Assembly: GCA_001949185.1 (NCBI GenBank)
Contig: BDGG01000010.1
Span: 659,337 to 723,336, forward strand
Origin: Ramazzottius varieornatus
Lineage: Eukaryota > Animalia > Tardigrada
Direction of reading: 5' to 3'
Length of the DNA stretch: 64,000 nt
The notes below the pieces were generated by a model, which saw nothing but the letters and a program-made list of their open reading frames with translations, had not been told where the DNA came from and did no database searches. This document shows, in pieces, positions 1 to 13,734 of this stretch. The position numbers and the translations under genes are program-made. How positions within the stretch are numbered: position 1 is the stretch's first letter; each line of letters starts with the position of its first letter.

Positions 1-105
1 CCACTTGGAAAAAAGATATGGTTGACTTCGTTTGTCGAGCTGCTAGACAAGTTCTTTTGAGGGAAGAAAGATAGGTGGAATACAGACCTAGATCTGCCTC
101 GTTAC

Positions 106-800
106 CTGACGAATCGTCCCCCTTGCCAGCACGGGTTTTGGCCAGCTCGATGGCCGTCACCCAGCGTTGTCGTTCGACTTCGGACGAGGCCTTGAGATGG
201 AATGTCTGATCGCCGGGCTTGTGGATGGCAAAACTGTAGCTTTCTTCGGTTGAGACGGAAGCACCCTTCAAACGGATGGAACCGCGTGGATGAGCGGGAA
301 CGTCCGATGGAGATCTGCAAAGAGATGACGATCTCATGGCAAAGGTCAGAGAGATCTACACTGCGGGATGAAACTCCAAAGAGGAAGCACGCTCTGGAAC
401 AGTGACCATTCTAACAAGCTGGATACCAGGCAAAACAACCTCCAACCACACCACGTGACGTAAAGTCGACTACAAATTGGCTCAACCAACATGACCACGA
501 CGTCACTATACCCAGTTTAGACGGAAGCATATAGTCAGCTGATTCAAAAGCCAAATTTGATCAGTGAATCAAGCATTGAATCGTGGCTACTAATTACCGC
601 CTACGACTATTGATTCAGTTTTAAATGGATAATTTGGGATAATTTTACCTGAAGTACATCAGCACCGTCTTGGAGAGAACAAAATAGCGCTTTTGATATC
701 CTTTGAGATAGTTGGTCCACTTAAGGAGATATCCCCGCATATCGGGATCGCCCTTGGCGTTAACATTATCCACCGAACCATCCTGGCTGGAAGAGGCCAT
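106..800 (-). CDS. OSBP: Oxysterol-binding protein, N-terminal PH-domain exons (gene continues off the left edge)
   Basis: Exon 800-649 MASSSQDGS...MRGYLLKWTNYLKGYQKRYFVL splices (GT-AG) to exon 314-106 ...PRGSIRLKGA...QTFHLKASSEVERQRWVTAIELAK, which is a typical OSBP PH domain. Confidence 0.9.
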
Positions 801-1295
801 GGAGCTCCGTCCGCTGGACTTGTGAGCTTCAAGGGGCATCATGTTGTTGTGACTCGCTGCTCGGTACATCCTGAACATCCGGACAGACAGGATTACACCT
901 TCACTTCCATGTAGAACAATGGAGCAAGCTGTGCAAACACAAGCCAAACGATGAAGGCTAGAAAATCTGCAGACGTGTTTGAAATTTTTTCCTGTGCCTG
1001 CAAAGTTTTCTCTGTGACCCTGTCTGCGGTTTGAGCCAACTATGCCCCATAAGGCTTGTAAAGAGGGCTTTCTGTTTCATCCGTGGCAAGCCAACGCGTT
1101 GGTTTTAGTGATACTGTCTCCATGGTGAGCCATCGGTAACGCATCGCACTGTTCGCACCGTGAATATGTGTTGGTAGGCCGAAGCGTGGACTTTCCATCC
1201 TGTTGTGGTTCCGTATTCGATCGAATTTTTCTGGAGGAAACTTCTTCCTCGATCCTGCAGATCTCAGTCCGTACCCTAATGTTTTGTGTGCGGAA

Positions 1296-2786
1296 ATGCC
1301 GAAGGAGATAGGACTGTGCCTTCTGGTCGTCCTTCAGGGATGCATGCGATATGCTTTGGCACAAGCGCAGTCCACTTTAACCGTGCAGATTCCAGCCGGT
1401 CGGATAGAATGTTTTTATCACACAGGTAAGAAAATTCCTTTGATTCCCTGTTCCTAATCTTTAGAACACCGTTGCTCTCTTTTACAGCTACCCAAAACGT
1501 TCCTTTCGAGCTGGAATACCAAGTAAGTCTGGGTCGCTGTTCTTGCAGAAAGCATTGAGAATGGATCTGTCAATCAAGAAATCGTGACGTGTAATGGTTC
1601 GTTGAATTGTTGATTGACGAAGCTACCATGTGGCGATTTAATTTCCCAAATGGGTAGCTGCGGCCCATTCCCAGTACAATCAATTTTGCTTCCGAAGTAG
1701 CGTTTTTCGACTTGAAGTTGTTGGGAGTATCAAGGGGCATCGTGCGGTAAGTTTGCCGTACCTCGCCGTGGTTCAAAGTCTCTGAAAAATGTTCGCCCTT
1801 CTGGGAAGACACTCTGGAAAATTTCAGGGGTAACCACTAACTGAAACCCCTTCCAGGGGGTTGAATGCCAGAACGACTACCTACGCATTTTTATGCTACA
1901 TGACGTCATCCTAACTTCAAAGCTTTCTGAGTGAAAAGTTCGAACCCCTTCGGACTTTTCCGATGTAGCCATCTGACCACTGATCAGACGGCCAAAAAGA
2001 TTCCACCATCGTGTTCCCCGATGTCTGCTACGTAAGATAGCGTTGGCAGTTCAACTTTGCCCTTGGGGTCCTAAAACTTAAAACTGGTTTCCTGAACAAT
2101 TTGGTCAGAGGTCGGTTGTACTGGGAATGGGCCCCAGCTACCCAAATGTCGCTGGGAATACCTAATAGTGTTTTTCTCCTAGGTTATTAGCGGAGGAGAG
2201 CTCGATATCAACCTCGCTGTGCGGAATCCCAACGCGCAGATCGTAATCCAAGAGCACAAGAAGAACGACAACCTCCATCGGTTCGACGCGGCTGTACCTG
2301 GAGAATATCAGATCTGCTTTGACAATTCTTTCTCGACATTCCAGCCGAAGCTAGTGTTTTTCGAAGTATTCGAAGACCGTAAAGAAACACACGCCGCGGA
2401 GTTCCATCAGCTTGGCATAAACGGACAGATGCCTGTGGACGCCGTGGGACTTAAAGTGGAGGACCTGCAGAATTCCCTGGGCAAGGTTCATCTAAATTTG
2501 GAGAAAGTAGTAAAGTCCCAGACAGTCGTAAGACATTTTGAAGCCGTCGACCGCGTAATTCTTGAATCGAACTTCGACAAGGTCAATACATATTCTGGAA
2601 TCCAAACAGGTACTTTTTGAAGACCTTCCCTTTCCGCCAGAATTTTCTGTTGAAATTTTTCTTTTTTTTCCAGCTGTAATGGTCGTCGTGGGAGTTGTGC
2701 AAGTCGTGATGGTTCGCAGTCTTTTTGAAGAGCGAAGCAAGATCGGCAGAGTTCTAAGGGGAAAGCAAGCAAGGACCTTTACATGA
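1296..2786 (+). CDS. p24/TMED family GOLD-domain cargo receptor (gamma-like), 4 exons
   Basis: Signal peptide, then LTVQIPAGRIECFY, LEYQV, GEYQICFDNSFSTFQPKLVFF, a coiled coil and a C-terminal TM segment (VMVVVGVVQVVMVRSLF). Canonical splice sites. Confidence 0.9.
1652..2143. mobile_element. MITE (~490 bp) in TMED intron 2
   Basis: Terminal inverted repeats GGGTAGCTGCGGCCCATTCCCAGTACAA (1652-1679) and TTGTACTGGGAATGGGCCCCAGCTACCC (2116-2143). AAAT is directly repeated on both flanks (4-bp TSD). Confidence 0.75.
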
Positions 2787-3273
2787 TTTAGTGCAACAAG
2801 ATTCTGTTAATCTGTTTAGCTTTTCTACCGGTAAGTTTTCGTGAAACGTTTCCAGTTATACTGTACAAGATGCATTTGGAGAGTGGTGAAACGAATTCTC
2901 TTGGTAGTTTTCCGGAGGTTCTGGGGTCATAATGTGCAGCACGCGTTATAAAGTGGACCTTTTTGTATCAATTTTTTCTGATTTCTTTCTACACGGTACA
3001 CTGAACCGTAAAAAATACCTCGATTGAAAAGAACTCGGCTTTTTTCGGAACGCCGGAAGAGGAACTTGAAAGACCGAGATCAGGAGACTATATAAAAGTT
3101 ATTTGGCTTCGAGTACTAAAGCTTATAGGAAGACAGGACTTTAGCAGAAAAAACTAGGCTGTAAATGGTAAGATGGGCAAGCGGCAAAGTAGAACAGTAA
3201 GGCGTGGCTAATTTACAAAGTATGGAAGTGGAATGAAGATGAAATATTTAAAGTTACCCAATCACGATTGCAC

Positions 3274-3323
3274 NNNNNNNNNNNNNNNNNNNNNNNNNNN
3301 NNNNNNNNNNNNNNNNNNNNNNN
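3274..3323. other. Assembly gap (50 N)
   Basis: Run of N. Confidence 1.
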
Positions 3324-3489
3324 TGCCCATATTCTTTCACATTTTTTCCGGACCGAAGTTCCTCTTCTCTATTCTTCCTTTTTCTTTACGTTGTTCGGAC
3401 TTGCCGGTATTCCTAATCATCGCTGGACAACGCAGAACAGCCGGCACTAGAGAGACTGCGGTTATCACAGTCCGGAAAGCAGCGGAACG

Positions 3490-4588
3490 ATGAATAGAAA
3501 ACGGAGCCAAAAATCCAGCAGTTCCGAGCAGCCAAATGGACCTTATCGGAACTCGGTTTCCTACGGCCGTTGGGTAAGTCGACTAGTCGAGTCTCCCATT
3601 TGTATCCGAAACATACCAAGAAACTTGCCAGAACACGTTGTCTGATCCTCAGCATACAAGCTTGGCAGTGAAACGTGGAGCAGATGGCCAAAGCAGCACG
3701 AGTTCCGTGTTGAACCAGGAAACGCCTTCCCATCTGTCCAAGTACTTCTACAACTGTTCGTCACAGACCCAACCTGATACTGAACTGGCCTTTGAAGCTC
3801 TACGAAAGTTTACAATTTACGCCAAAGAGAAAAAAGTCAAGATGACGGCCAGCGCCAGTCACTGCATTGCCCACATCAAGGACCTCAAACGCCTCAACCA
3901 GGCTTATCTGGGAGCGTAAGTAAATCCCGTATGATGCGCGCATGACATTACCCACTATACCGCTTTCACAGGCAGCTCCATGACGTCATGCCCAAAATAG
4001 CGAACGACTGCCTCAGTGTGAGGAATTTGAACTTGAGTGTCTTGCTTTTTCTTTCACGATATTCGACGATCCACCGTCGACACTTATCCGATGTACATTC
4101 TCACCTGTTACAGGGATGCGGAAGTGATCAGAGGATACATCAACAAAGACAGGTCGGAGCTGCCGGAAATCGACTTGGCGGCTTCTCAGCACTGTAGTGA
4201 CCTGCGCATCCTCTGTGTCAAGAACGAAATCCTTGACAAGTCACCGGAACTTCAACCCAAACCTCAGTCGATCGTCAAGCCGGAAAACCCCTACAAGAAG
4301 TTCGCTCAAGATCAACCCAGTTCGTCAATGCAGACCGGCGCACTGGACCGCGTTCTTGAGAAGGAAGTTGATAAGGACTTCGTGAAGCCCAACTCCATCC
4401 TACGTAAATCGTCAAAGTCCAAACTGAAGAAAGCTGCTGCCGGTCTGAAAATTTCCACTCAGCAGGTCTTCTGGGGTAATGCCAACAGTCAGAACGGTCA
4501 TCCCGCAGCTGCGACACAGAAGAAAGAGTCTAAGATGCCGACGACGTTGTCTGAATTAGTCTCCGGAAGTGACTTCGTCTTCAAGTGA
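3490..4588 (+). CDS. Uncharacterised spliced protein (~280 aa) with a Lys/Ser-rich C-terminus
   Basis: Exons 3490-3573, 3632-3915 and 4114-4588 join in frame through GT-AG introns. An optional 46-nt segment (3972-4017) with good splice sites would shift the frame. No family recognised; the start codon is uncertain. Confidence 0.6.
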
Positions 4589-5202
4589 GTTGCTCATTTT
4601 CCGTTCATTTCGATATGGAGGGGGTGATTATTATGGACAAGAACGTTTCGTTTGCAGTCCAAAATACGCGGATAAACTGGGCAAGTTACCCGAATTTCGT
4701 CGTCAGCTGATTCCTGCCAATGCCTTGCCCGTCCGAGCTGGCCCCTTCCGCGTTCAGTCCGTCGCTTCCCTCGCCGTCAGCAACTTCAATCAGAACGCCA
4801 CACCTTCGAAAATCATCAAGAAGTATTAGTTATCAGATCCTTCCTGTTTTGCTGTCACAGCTTTCGCTTCAGTCTAGCTCATCAGCCGTAGCGAGCCAGA
4901 ACATGTCAAACGCTCATTTCTGTTGAGGTTTCTGGCAACTCAAGTATCGTACTGTACATGCTTTAAATCACCAGTGACAACCTTATATTCTTTTCAGTAT
5001 CATTATTGAGTGTAAGAGCATAACAGTAAAACGGTAAACTACGGTATGCCGATATCAGGATAGAGTAACATATCAAAGTTCGAGATACCGACTTGACTGT
5101 AACTATAAAGCCCGACAAAAATGAAACGAAGGGCGAACGCAGCTCCCTGCTTGTTCATCAGACATCAAAAAGGTGAAATCACTACATTGTTATTGTAAAA
5201 GC

Positions 5203-7232
5203 TCAGTCGAATTCCCACCAGTCTTTCTCGTAGCCCTCATGGACATGTTCCACCAGGACACGTCGTCGGCTTTCGCAGTAGTTAGCTTTGTCCTGAACTT
5301 TCTGCTTGATATCCCCCACTGACTCCTGCGAAGTCATATCGCGTTCGAGGTACCCCGACAGAGTCTCAGTCGCGGTCTCCAGGTCGCTCTGGTTATCTTC
5401 GAAGAGAACTTGCTGGTTGTTCTTCTTCAGGTAGAAAGCGAAGACATAGGTGAACATCAGCGTCTGCCTGCAATGCTGCAAAACATTCACAGCTTTCTGC
5501 AGAAACTGCACTTCGATCCACGACATGTTATGCTGCTGCATTTCTTCCATCTTTATCCTCACCGAGTTATGCAACTGCAAAATCAGGTCTTCAACTCAAA
5601 ATACTCGTTTTCAAAGTCAGAGATACGAGAGCTCAGCTAACAAAGCTGTTTTTCTACGTGGCGTACTTAGTCAGTGATCTTGCCTGGCTAAGTGCGCCAC
5701 TTGGGAGCACCATCTGGTCGACTTTGTTTACCGAACTCTCATTTATCCTTACCTTAGTTTCGAGACGTAAGCTGTTCTGATGATTGATATATCGATTGAA
5801 GTAAAAGAGGTATCGTTGAAGAGCCGCTCTGGACTTTTCCTGCGCTGACCGCGCCATTTTACTTTCTTCTTCCGAGTAGCGGTTGCATTTGAACCAGGAA
5901 GAACCATGCGCTGCCCACTGTCCCAGGCAGACCCAGCAGAATTCGCCTTTACATGCCAAGTTCTTACACACTAAAACAAACGAGAAACTTCTAACGTTTA
6001 CCCACGACAATTTTTTAAAGAGGCTGTTACGTACCAACGTGGTTACAGCCGCCATCTTTCTCAATGGTGGCGTGACAGTTCGGACATTCTTTCGTGTTCG
6101 CCACCAACCAGTTACTGGTCTCGCTATCATCCGCACATTTCTTCTTCCATCTCTTCAAGATCGTACAAGGCACCGGGTCGTGCCATGTTTCGGCGCAGAG
6201 GAAGCAGAAAGTCGTGTGACATTTCGTGCAGATAACACTCATCCATTCGGGAGAGACTACTCTGATGGCGTATAGACAGTCGGTTCCCGGACACCACCGG
6301 ATACTCCGATGTGCCAGAACGAAACTGTTGGTGATTCCGTGGAGATACTTGCGTTTGACAGAAGGCTGGTTCCCGATCATGTCCATCACGAAGACATCGT
6401 CCAACAGAATGTTGCAGCCATGTGCTGGACATTCGATCTTGTCTGAAATGTTCTCGTTGAGGATCTTGTTCGTGAGGTACTGTTTCCAGCAGCTAGTACA
6501 GAAACGGTGTCCGCAGTCTGTTCCTTTGAAGTCATTGCTCCTCACAGCCATGAAACAGATATCACATTCACCCTAGGAAACAAACCGAGAATGAGGGCAA
6601 AAAACCAAAAGAATCATGTGACAACGGCAAATCCCAGTTACACTGCCGACTGATGTCATGCTCCACCCACGCTATCACATGACAAACAAGCTTGAATATC
6701 AGCCGAGTCATGACGTCACGAACTACGAATCGACATGATTATTACCGAAGATCCATTTCGTCGACCAAATTGCATCTTCGCTACCGGGCTCATCACATGA
6801 CACGATTCGAATATCTTTTCTGTATCCTCATAGTATTTCTCTATCAGCTTTTCCTTATCCCATTTGTACTGGCTAAGGAGGAGACGCGTCGTTGTTGGAG
6901 GTTGCTGGAAACAGAAACAGACATATCAACGCGATTCGAATCGCCAGAAAGTTCCAAAAAATACTTACCTGAATGACCTGGTTCACTTCTTTCACCACAT
7001 CGTTCATATATGTACAGATTTGGTCTGGTGAAAGCACATCGTAGTCTCCGGAGTCTGGAGTGCAGATCTTTGGAGTGCTGACATTGTGAATAATGGGAGC
7101 TCTGCCACCAATCTCTTCGTCCACGTCAATGTGATCCTCTTGGTCATCGTGTTGGTTGTCCCCTTCCTCCTCGTCCCTCTCACTGGCGTAGTCCAGCTCG
7201 TCGTCAAAGGCTACGTCCTCGTCGCTATCCAT
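5203..7232 (-). CDS. ARIH1: Ariadne-1 RBR E3 ubiquitin ligase
   Basis: Acidic N-terminus [15 protein letters not shown]1 ([10 protein letters not shown]), IBR (WCPGTDC...FCFLC...WHDPVPC), [12 protein letters not shown]2 ([27 protein letters not shown]) and Ariadne domain ([12 protein letters not shown]...[22 protein letters not shown]). Confidence 0.95.
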
Positions 7233-9098
7233 GGTTAGAAAGCAGAAACAAAACAGAAATCTAGTCAAAAAGTACAGTGCATCAGCTGTTAGCTGTTTAT
7301 GCAAAGAAACTTGAGAAAGCGAAACAGGAACGTTTTGCCATGCAGCTTGTGGCATACAACCAATCAAACAGACTCCCCAGTTGGTACCTTGTGTAAGTTG
7401 AGATCTGCGGGTGCCGCACTACTGTATAACTGCGCCTTACCGCATGGTAATGTGGTCAGTAAATCAACCGAGCAACGGGACTTACGGGAGTATTTCTTCA
7501 TGCGCTTGTTTCCTCTCCTCTAAGTCTCTTCTACATTCTGCAGTGCTCTTGTACTTCATCGCATCAGCGTGAGATTGACTTATGGTCCGCCTGGAATACG
7601 ACCATCAGAAATCGATACAGGAACCGTGTGACTGCTCCACGCCTGTGCGTCAACGACAGATACAGTGAGTGTGTGTTACGTAGCAGCACGAGGAATTCCC
7701 GTCACCACCTCTGCTGAAACAACGATCTGTGCGTACAGGTATCGTTCCGCTCGTTTAATTTTGGCTACTTAGAAAGCCCTTAGCGGAACCCGTAATCTGG
7801 AAAAACATCCGTGCTGAGCACTAAGAACTACCTTCTTTCTTTGAAATCTGGAACATATCTTCCCGTCCGGAACAGCTTTCCCACTACCTGCCACTTTTCT
7901 GACCCGACACAACAACCTTCAGGAAGCTTCGTTGGCAAGGACTTTCGTCAAATCGCTGGATTCTTGAAATATTTCCACATCCGACCAGGTAAAATAAACG
8001 AACTATTCTGTGGCGCGAGTCTTTCAGTGACGTCACAGCGAAGTGTGAATGTCAGTACGAATATTCATATCACCACGGCTTATGCGTCACTTGTACGGTA
8101 AATAGCTGCGTGCGTTTTGTTTGATTGGTTGAGGTCTTCGCCACAATACTACCGTACTGTAACGGCATTGCAGCAATGCCTGAGCACATTCGGACATGAA
8201 GATCCGCAGGTTAGTCTCAACGAACTCTTACAATGTAGTGGCCACAGAATGGGTTAAAAGAATGGGCCGAAAGTCACTGCGTTGCGTTTTTAAGAGGAGT
8301 ACTGCCGGGAATGGAGTAAACAGTATCCTTCTGCATGCGCCATAAAACTCTGGCAAATGTAAAATCTCATAATTAGCACTGAAAATGGTTTCTTGCATGA
8401 CCTATCTGACTATATCGCCCCATGCGCCAGATTCAGCTGAAATATACTCTGCAGTGCTTGTCACTTTTTTTCTTCAGTTTCGGTTATCAATCTGGCTAAC
8501 CAGTCGCGATCAATCGATTTTTTCCTCGCAGGAGCCATTAAAATATCTCCTCGGGCTGCCTTATTCAAATCTGTGCCATAACTGATTTGCTATTTTTCTC
8601 ATATGCCACACATTTCTATTTTCATCCTTTGCGAGCCCACTGTTATGCTGATTGATTTACTCAGCCCGCCTCTCATTTTTTCATAACCGCAATATAATAC
8701 AGCGGGACATAGACGCCTAGGAATATAATCTCGACACCTCGACGCAGTCAGCAGTTCGTGCTGCTCTTTCTCTTCGATCTAAAGTCTCCGATCCAATCAA
8801 TAGCAGGCGTCAGCTGAATCAGGTCTTTTTCTTCGTTCCCCGCGGTTTCCTGTCGTTAGTTCCTCACCGATTAATGAGCACTCTTTACAGCTGACAGACA
8901 GCGTTATTGAAAAATCCGCGGAAACCCAACCGTGCTGTCTCACGTTTTTCTCCCCTGCTAAGCCATATTGCATTTCTTTCCTTCACTACGTTCACTGTGA
9001 GCCTTTCGCCCGCTGTGTGCCCGATTTTTCGGTCAGTGCAATTTTCTCTGAATTTTCTTTAAGATCTGTTGTATTTCTCAGAGTGGGTTTCTTCCATC

Positions 9099-10066
9099 AT
9101 GCCGGAGTCCGCCGCAGTTTCTTCCACGCAAGAAACGATGCAGCGCAGTTCACGAACGACTGCTCGACGCGGTCTTCCAGCTTCACATTCCAGCCGTCCT
9201 GCAGCGTCGGAAGAGGAAATCAGAAAGAAGGATGTCATTACTCCCGAGGATGCGATGAGTCTCAACGGTGTAACGTCTGGTGTGTCAGTTGCATTGCCGG
9301 GTTTCCTTACGAAGCAATATTGACAGTCTTGATGAGAGAGGTTTGTTGTTGTTTCAGATTACCTGTGTGCACACGACGCCAATGTCTACGACATCGATTT
9401 CATCCGCTTCCAAATTCGCGACATGGACAGCGGTGTTGTCCTGTTCGAAGTGGCCAAACCTCCGGGCTACGATCCACACTTACACCAGGCGGGTGGGGAT
9501 CCGGCTGATCCGGATGCGGGAAGATTTGTCCGCTACCACTTCTCGCCTTCTTTTCTCAAGCTACGTTCCGTTGGAGCAACGTAAGCCTTCTCGAGAAAGA
9601 TGTTTCGATTTGAAACAAAATCGGTTTTAGAATATTAGCCTGTTCCTCCTCTGATCTGATAAGTTGTATTACGTCAATTACTTTCGTTGTTTTGCAGGGT
9701 TGAATTTACCGTGGGGGACAAGCCGTTGACGCATTTTCGGATGATTGAGCGGCATTTCTTTCGAGACCGTGAACTGAAATGCTTTGACTTTGAATTTGGC
9801 TTTTGTATTCCCAACAGCCGAAACTCCGTCGAGCATATTTATGAATTTCCTGAACTTCCTGCCGATCTTGGTGAGTATGCTTTCATCGATAAACACCAAT
9901 TCATCTTTTATCGACTTCTCTCTCCTTTTCAGTGAAAGAAATGATCAACAGTCCGTGCGAGACCCGTTCCGATAGTTTCTACTTCGTCGATAACGCATTG
10001 ATTATGCACAACAAGGCAGATTACTCCTACGACGAACCTGATGGTACGACGGAAGGATCAGCCTGA
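9099..10066 (+). CDS. UNC119: UNC-119 lipid-binding chaperone, 4 exons
   Basis: [82 protein letters not shown] and [24 protein letters not shown]. Confidence 0.96.
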
Positions 10067-10907
10067 GCATACGCTTCTCCACTTTCTACCCCCTTCATTC
10101 CACAGCCCCGGTTGGACCTTGACTTTTCTGGTGTATAAATAGTTTGCGTCCCTGTCTTGCTCGTTTTCTTGTTTGAAGCTTTTCGCTCGTCTCCGTCGTC
10201 TGGTTGGACTCTTCGATATACATGACGCAGTTCTGTAAACGTAATGCTCTCTTATTTTGGGTTGCGGGGGACTCTAAGCTGAGCTTCCTTCATAGTATTC
10301 CACTTCTTCTGATTTAGAATACTCTGACTTTTCCGAAGTTCATCTACCACACGGACACCGACTGTATCGCCGATACACCAGGTTCAAAACTGTGTCGGAC
10401 GTTTGCACAAGTTGATCGGTACAAAGGAAAGATCGATGAAATACTGGCTCTTGCCGACGTACAGGAAACCCTTCTGATGCGAGGCAAAGGAATTGAACCA
10501 ATTTGTTTTTCGCAAGTGGCGCACGCTTCCAGCCAGTATTGGCCCAGTAACACTGAGACTGTGCACCACTTGGGACAACAAACTCGACAAGATCGATTTT
10601 CCTAGTGGCGCACGCTGTCAGTCAGTAACACCGTAGCCGTGCGTCACTAGCAAAACCTCCTGCTTCAGTCCAATCGCCCAGCTCCCTTTGTACTGGGAGC
10701 ATTGTGTAAAGTCGACACATGACGAAGTGTGACTGGAAACTCAGCAGGCAGGTCACTTTATTACTTCAGTAGTCTGGGACGATGAAATGTCAAAAACCGA
10801 GAAAGTCAGCGGGAGAACCAGAAGGGACTGTAGAAAATGCATTACGGTATCGAAATGTACCTAAACCGTGTTGTATGAGTCGTTGGCAATAAATAGGAAG
10901 TTGGGAA

Positions 10908-11111
10908 TTATAACTGGGCGTTCTTGTCGCCTTGGACATTGGAGGTCTTTCCGTCGGTGGTCTGTTCCGCGGCCAAGCCACCTCCGGTGTTGATCTTGAG
11001 GTCTCCAGCTGGGTCATTGTGGCCCAGGTTGGCTTTGGTATTGGTGACGGGTCCTTCTGTTCCCTGTTCAACCTTGGCGCCAGTTCCGGACGATCCTTGC
11101 TTATCGGCCAT
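10908..11111 (-). CDS. Small (67 aa) Gly/Thr/Asn/Gln-rich hydrophilic orphan protein
   Basis: ATG in good context (AAGATGG) just after a strong acceptor (ttccacag, ~11128). Upstream donor GTAAGC (~11296) and TATAAAAAG (~11404-11412). The protein has no Cys, Trp, Tyr or Phe. Confidence 0.65.
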   Translation of the reverse strand: MADKQGSSGTGAKVEQGTEGPVTNTKANLGHNDPAGDLKINTGGGLAAEQTTDGKTSNVQGDKNAQL

Positions 11112-12099
11112 CTTGCTAAAGAAGTCTCTGTGGAAGTAGGACAGAAATGAATTTAAGTGCGAACCGAAATGCGTTGAGAAATCAAGAACCCGACTGGCCG
11201 ATATAAATGCGTTCTTTCGAAACAGAGTATGCTGAAAAGTTTTCAGTCACTTCAAGGGCCACAAAATTTCAAAATTTTGAAAGGAACGTTGCTTACCGTA
11301 AATGGAGTGGCTGAGGCGATGAAGTAGCTCCGATCGATCAACGCTTCGAACTGCAAGTTTCAAGACTAAGCTCTTCAACATGAGGCTGTGATCTACTTAA
11401 GCACTTTTTATAGCTCTGGTTTGGGCAGTCTGCGAGTGATTCGGACGTGTATGAAAAAGTATGAGATACTCCAGCAGAGATCCTATTTTTAACTCCGTGG
11501 GTCTCTGCAAGTTTACGGCTAACTTGTTTGCGAGGAAAACGTATGACTGTCAGGCGCAGATACTATCTCGTGAAGTGATCCATCAGACTTTCGCCTCACA
11601 AAATGGTATTTTTCTCGTACTATCTATAACTGCGGTTACTCACAAGAGAGTATACGAGAAACTTATGAGTCAAAGATATCTGATAAATTCCTCGAAACAG
11701 TTGCCGTGTAAGTTTACGCAGCCGGCACCCGGCAGAACAGCCGCGGAGAGAAAGCGACAAATTTATGTGCAAATTGAAGGGGAAGTGTCGTTCTCAGCGG
11801 TCTCTTCGGCCTGAAAGAACGCTGGGTCCTGAGAAACTGAGAAATTTTCTTCTAAAATATTGTCTACTAGATTTAGACAATTTAGGATCGAATTTCCTAC
11901 TGATTACAGAATGGAATTTCATGTTGTCACTGTGCACGTGACTTCCTGCGGCATTTTCACTTGAGACAATGCTGGAGCGAGCACACCTCAGCCGAGACGA
12001 TCCTGAACACGTCCAGGAACAGTCGAAGCTGCCACTGAGTCGCCGCCTGGAACCTGATATCCAGAACGTCGTTCGAACTTCCCGGAGGTGGTTCGCTCG

Positions 12100-13170
12100 T
12101 TTCTACCCTACCGCCCCCGCCAATACCAAGCGCAGCATTTCCTCGCAGAGATTCACATGTTCTTTGAACTCATAGTGATGGGCCATACGCGCCGTCGCTA
12201 GAATCCGTTCCACATCGCTTAGGTCTGTATTCCAACTTGGTTTTCCGGCCCCGTGACAGAAGACAAGGAACTGTGCGATCACTTTCGCCGAAGAGGGACA
12301 TAGATCCAGTCCAGGATATCCACAGCGAACGAGAACTCAAGAATGCAACCTGGCTCCATAAAGGGATTTCCGAAGTATCTGGTCAACAGTTTGCACTTTC
12401 TCATCAGGGCCGACTTTTCCACGGCGCAGCTTCGGTACGACGACATCACTTTCACATTCACTTTACAGATCCCTTGATGCTCTCAATCGGAGTACCGTAC
12501 CGTCGGACGGTATCTTTCTTCGATGCTGTGCGGAATGTGCCAGAAGTTCTTCACGTCATCGCCCGTAGATTCACCGAACAGAAGTCGACCGGAGTGATTG
12601 TGAGGTCTACAGACTACAGTAATCGCGGAAGTTGACTGAAGTTTCATCGCTGCAACATGGAGAAGCGCAGACTTGGTGAGGGTACCGGTGAACACCTGTT
12701 GAAGAGTCAGAACTTCTGAAAGGAGTGGCAGGATCAGTCTCTTGTTAAAAAGCCGATCCACTTTTCCGTCTTCTGCTCGCGATGACGTGCATTGCGAAAA
12801 CCTCATACCGTTAACACGAACCTCCATCCGGTACACAACGGTGTTTATCTCAAGCTAGGTTTCTCGACGACGAATCGTCACTTTTCCTGTCCACTGTTCC
12901 CCTGAAAAGTAGACCTACACTTGGGTCAGCTTGAGCGACGTCTGTTCACTCTGCTGCTGGGAAATTTACTTACTTTACCACGCTGTATACTCTGGCGAAA
13001 CCTCCCAGTGTTTGGAAATCCACGGCGGACAATTTTCAACCACACCGACGAACTTGGCTTCTCGCAACCATTTCTGAAGTTTTAGTTTCGGACTAGAACA
13101 GGTTAAACGGAAGGTATGCCCCTTGCAATTCTTGTACTCCGAGTAAGCTTTCATGCTTCCACTGCATGTC
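12100..13170 (-). pseudogene. Decayed BTB/POZ (possibly MATH-BTB) gene
   Basis: Pieces CKVNVKVM...CAVEKSALMRKCKLLTRYF and (after a frameshift) SAKVIAQFLVFCHG...ILATARMAHHYEFKEHVNLCEEMLR follow the BTB pattern. In-frame TGA at ~12483. Confidence 0.5.
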
Positions 13171-13734
13171 TAGAACCCGCGACGCCCATCCCCTGACAAG
13201 GAACAGTAAGTTTGTGGGACACAAACTTCTGGAATTCCTTACCGCGGTATTGCGAACTGCAAAAGACAAACCATATTCCTCAAAATGAGGAGACCCGCGC
13301 CTTGAGTTAACTTGCTCTGCATGTAGATCGAACCTGCAAGTTCATGTCCGGTCCTAGGGCTTGGAAGAAAGGGTCTTGGTAGTTTGAATCTAGAGTAAGA
13401 AGATCTGACTGAGCCGAGATGAAATCCCGATTCCCGACGGCGAACTACGTATAACGGATAACTCGCTGGCGGAATTCACCTACGAGGTAGAGAAAGTAAT
13501 TCACGAGGTAGAGAACGCACATCAATCTCCCTCCTCAAGGTCCAAATAGGTTTGGGAACGATGAAATGTTGTAGGTCAGAAGGATCTGTCGTGAGGGAGA
13601 GACGGGTCTGCCCAATGTAGAAAAGCCCAGAGTTGTATCAACAAGTGTACGATGAGAAATCAATCAGGCGCTGATGATAAAGCTTAAACTTTTCGCATTG
13701 CCCGAATTATGGTGCGATTATAATGTCCCGTATA

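Noticed and set aside
10500-10650. Tandem repeat-spacer-repeat pattern that resembles a CRISPR array
   Set aside because: The repeats are inverted arms of the dispersed palindromic element, the context is eukaryotic, and there are no cas genes.
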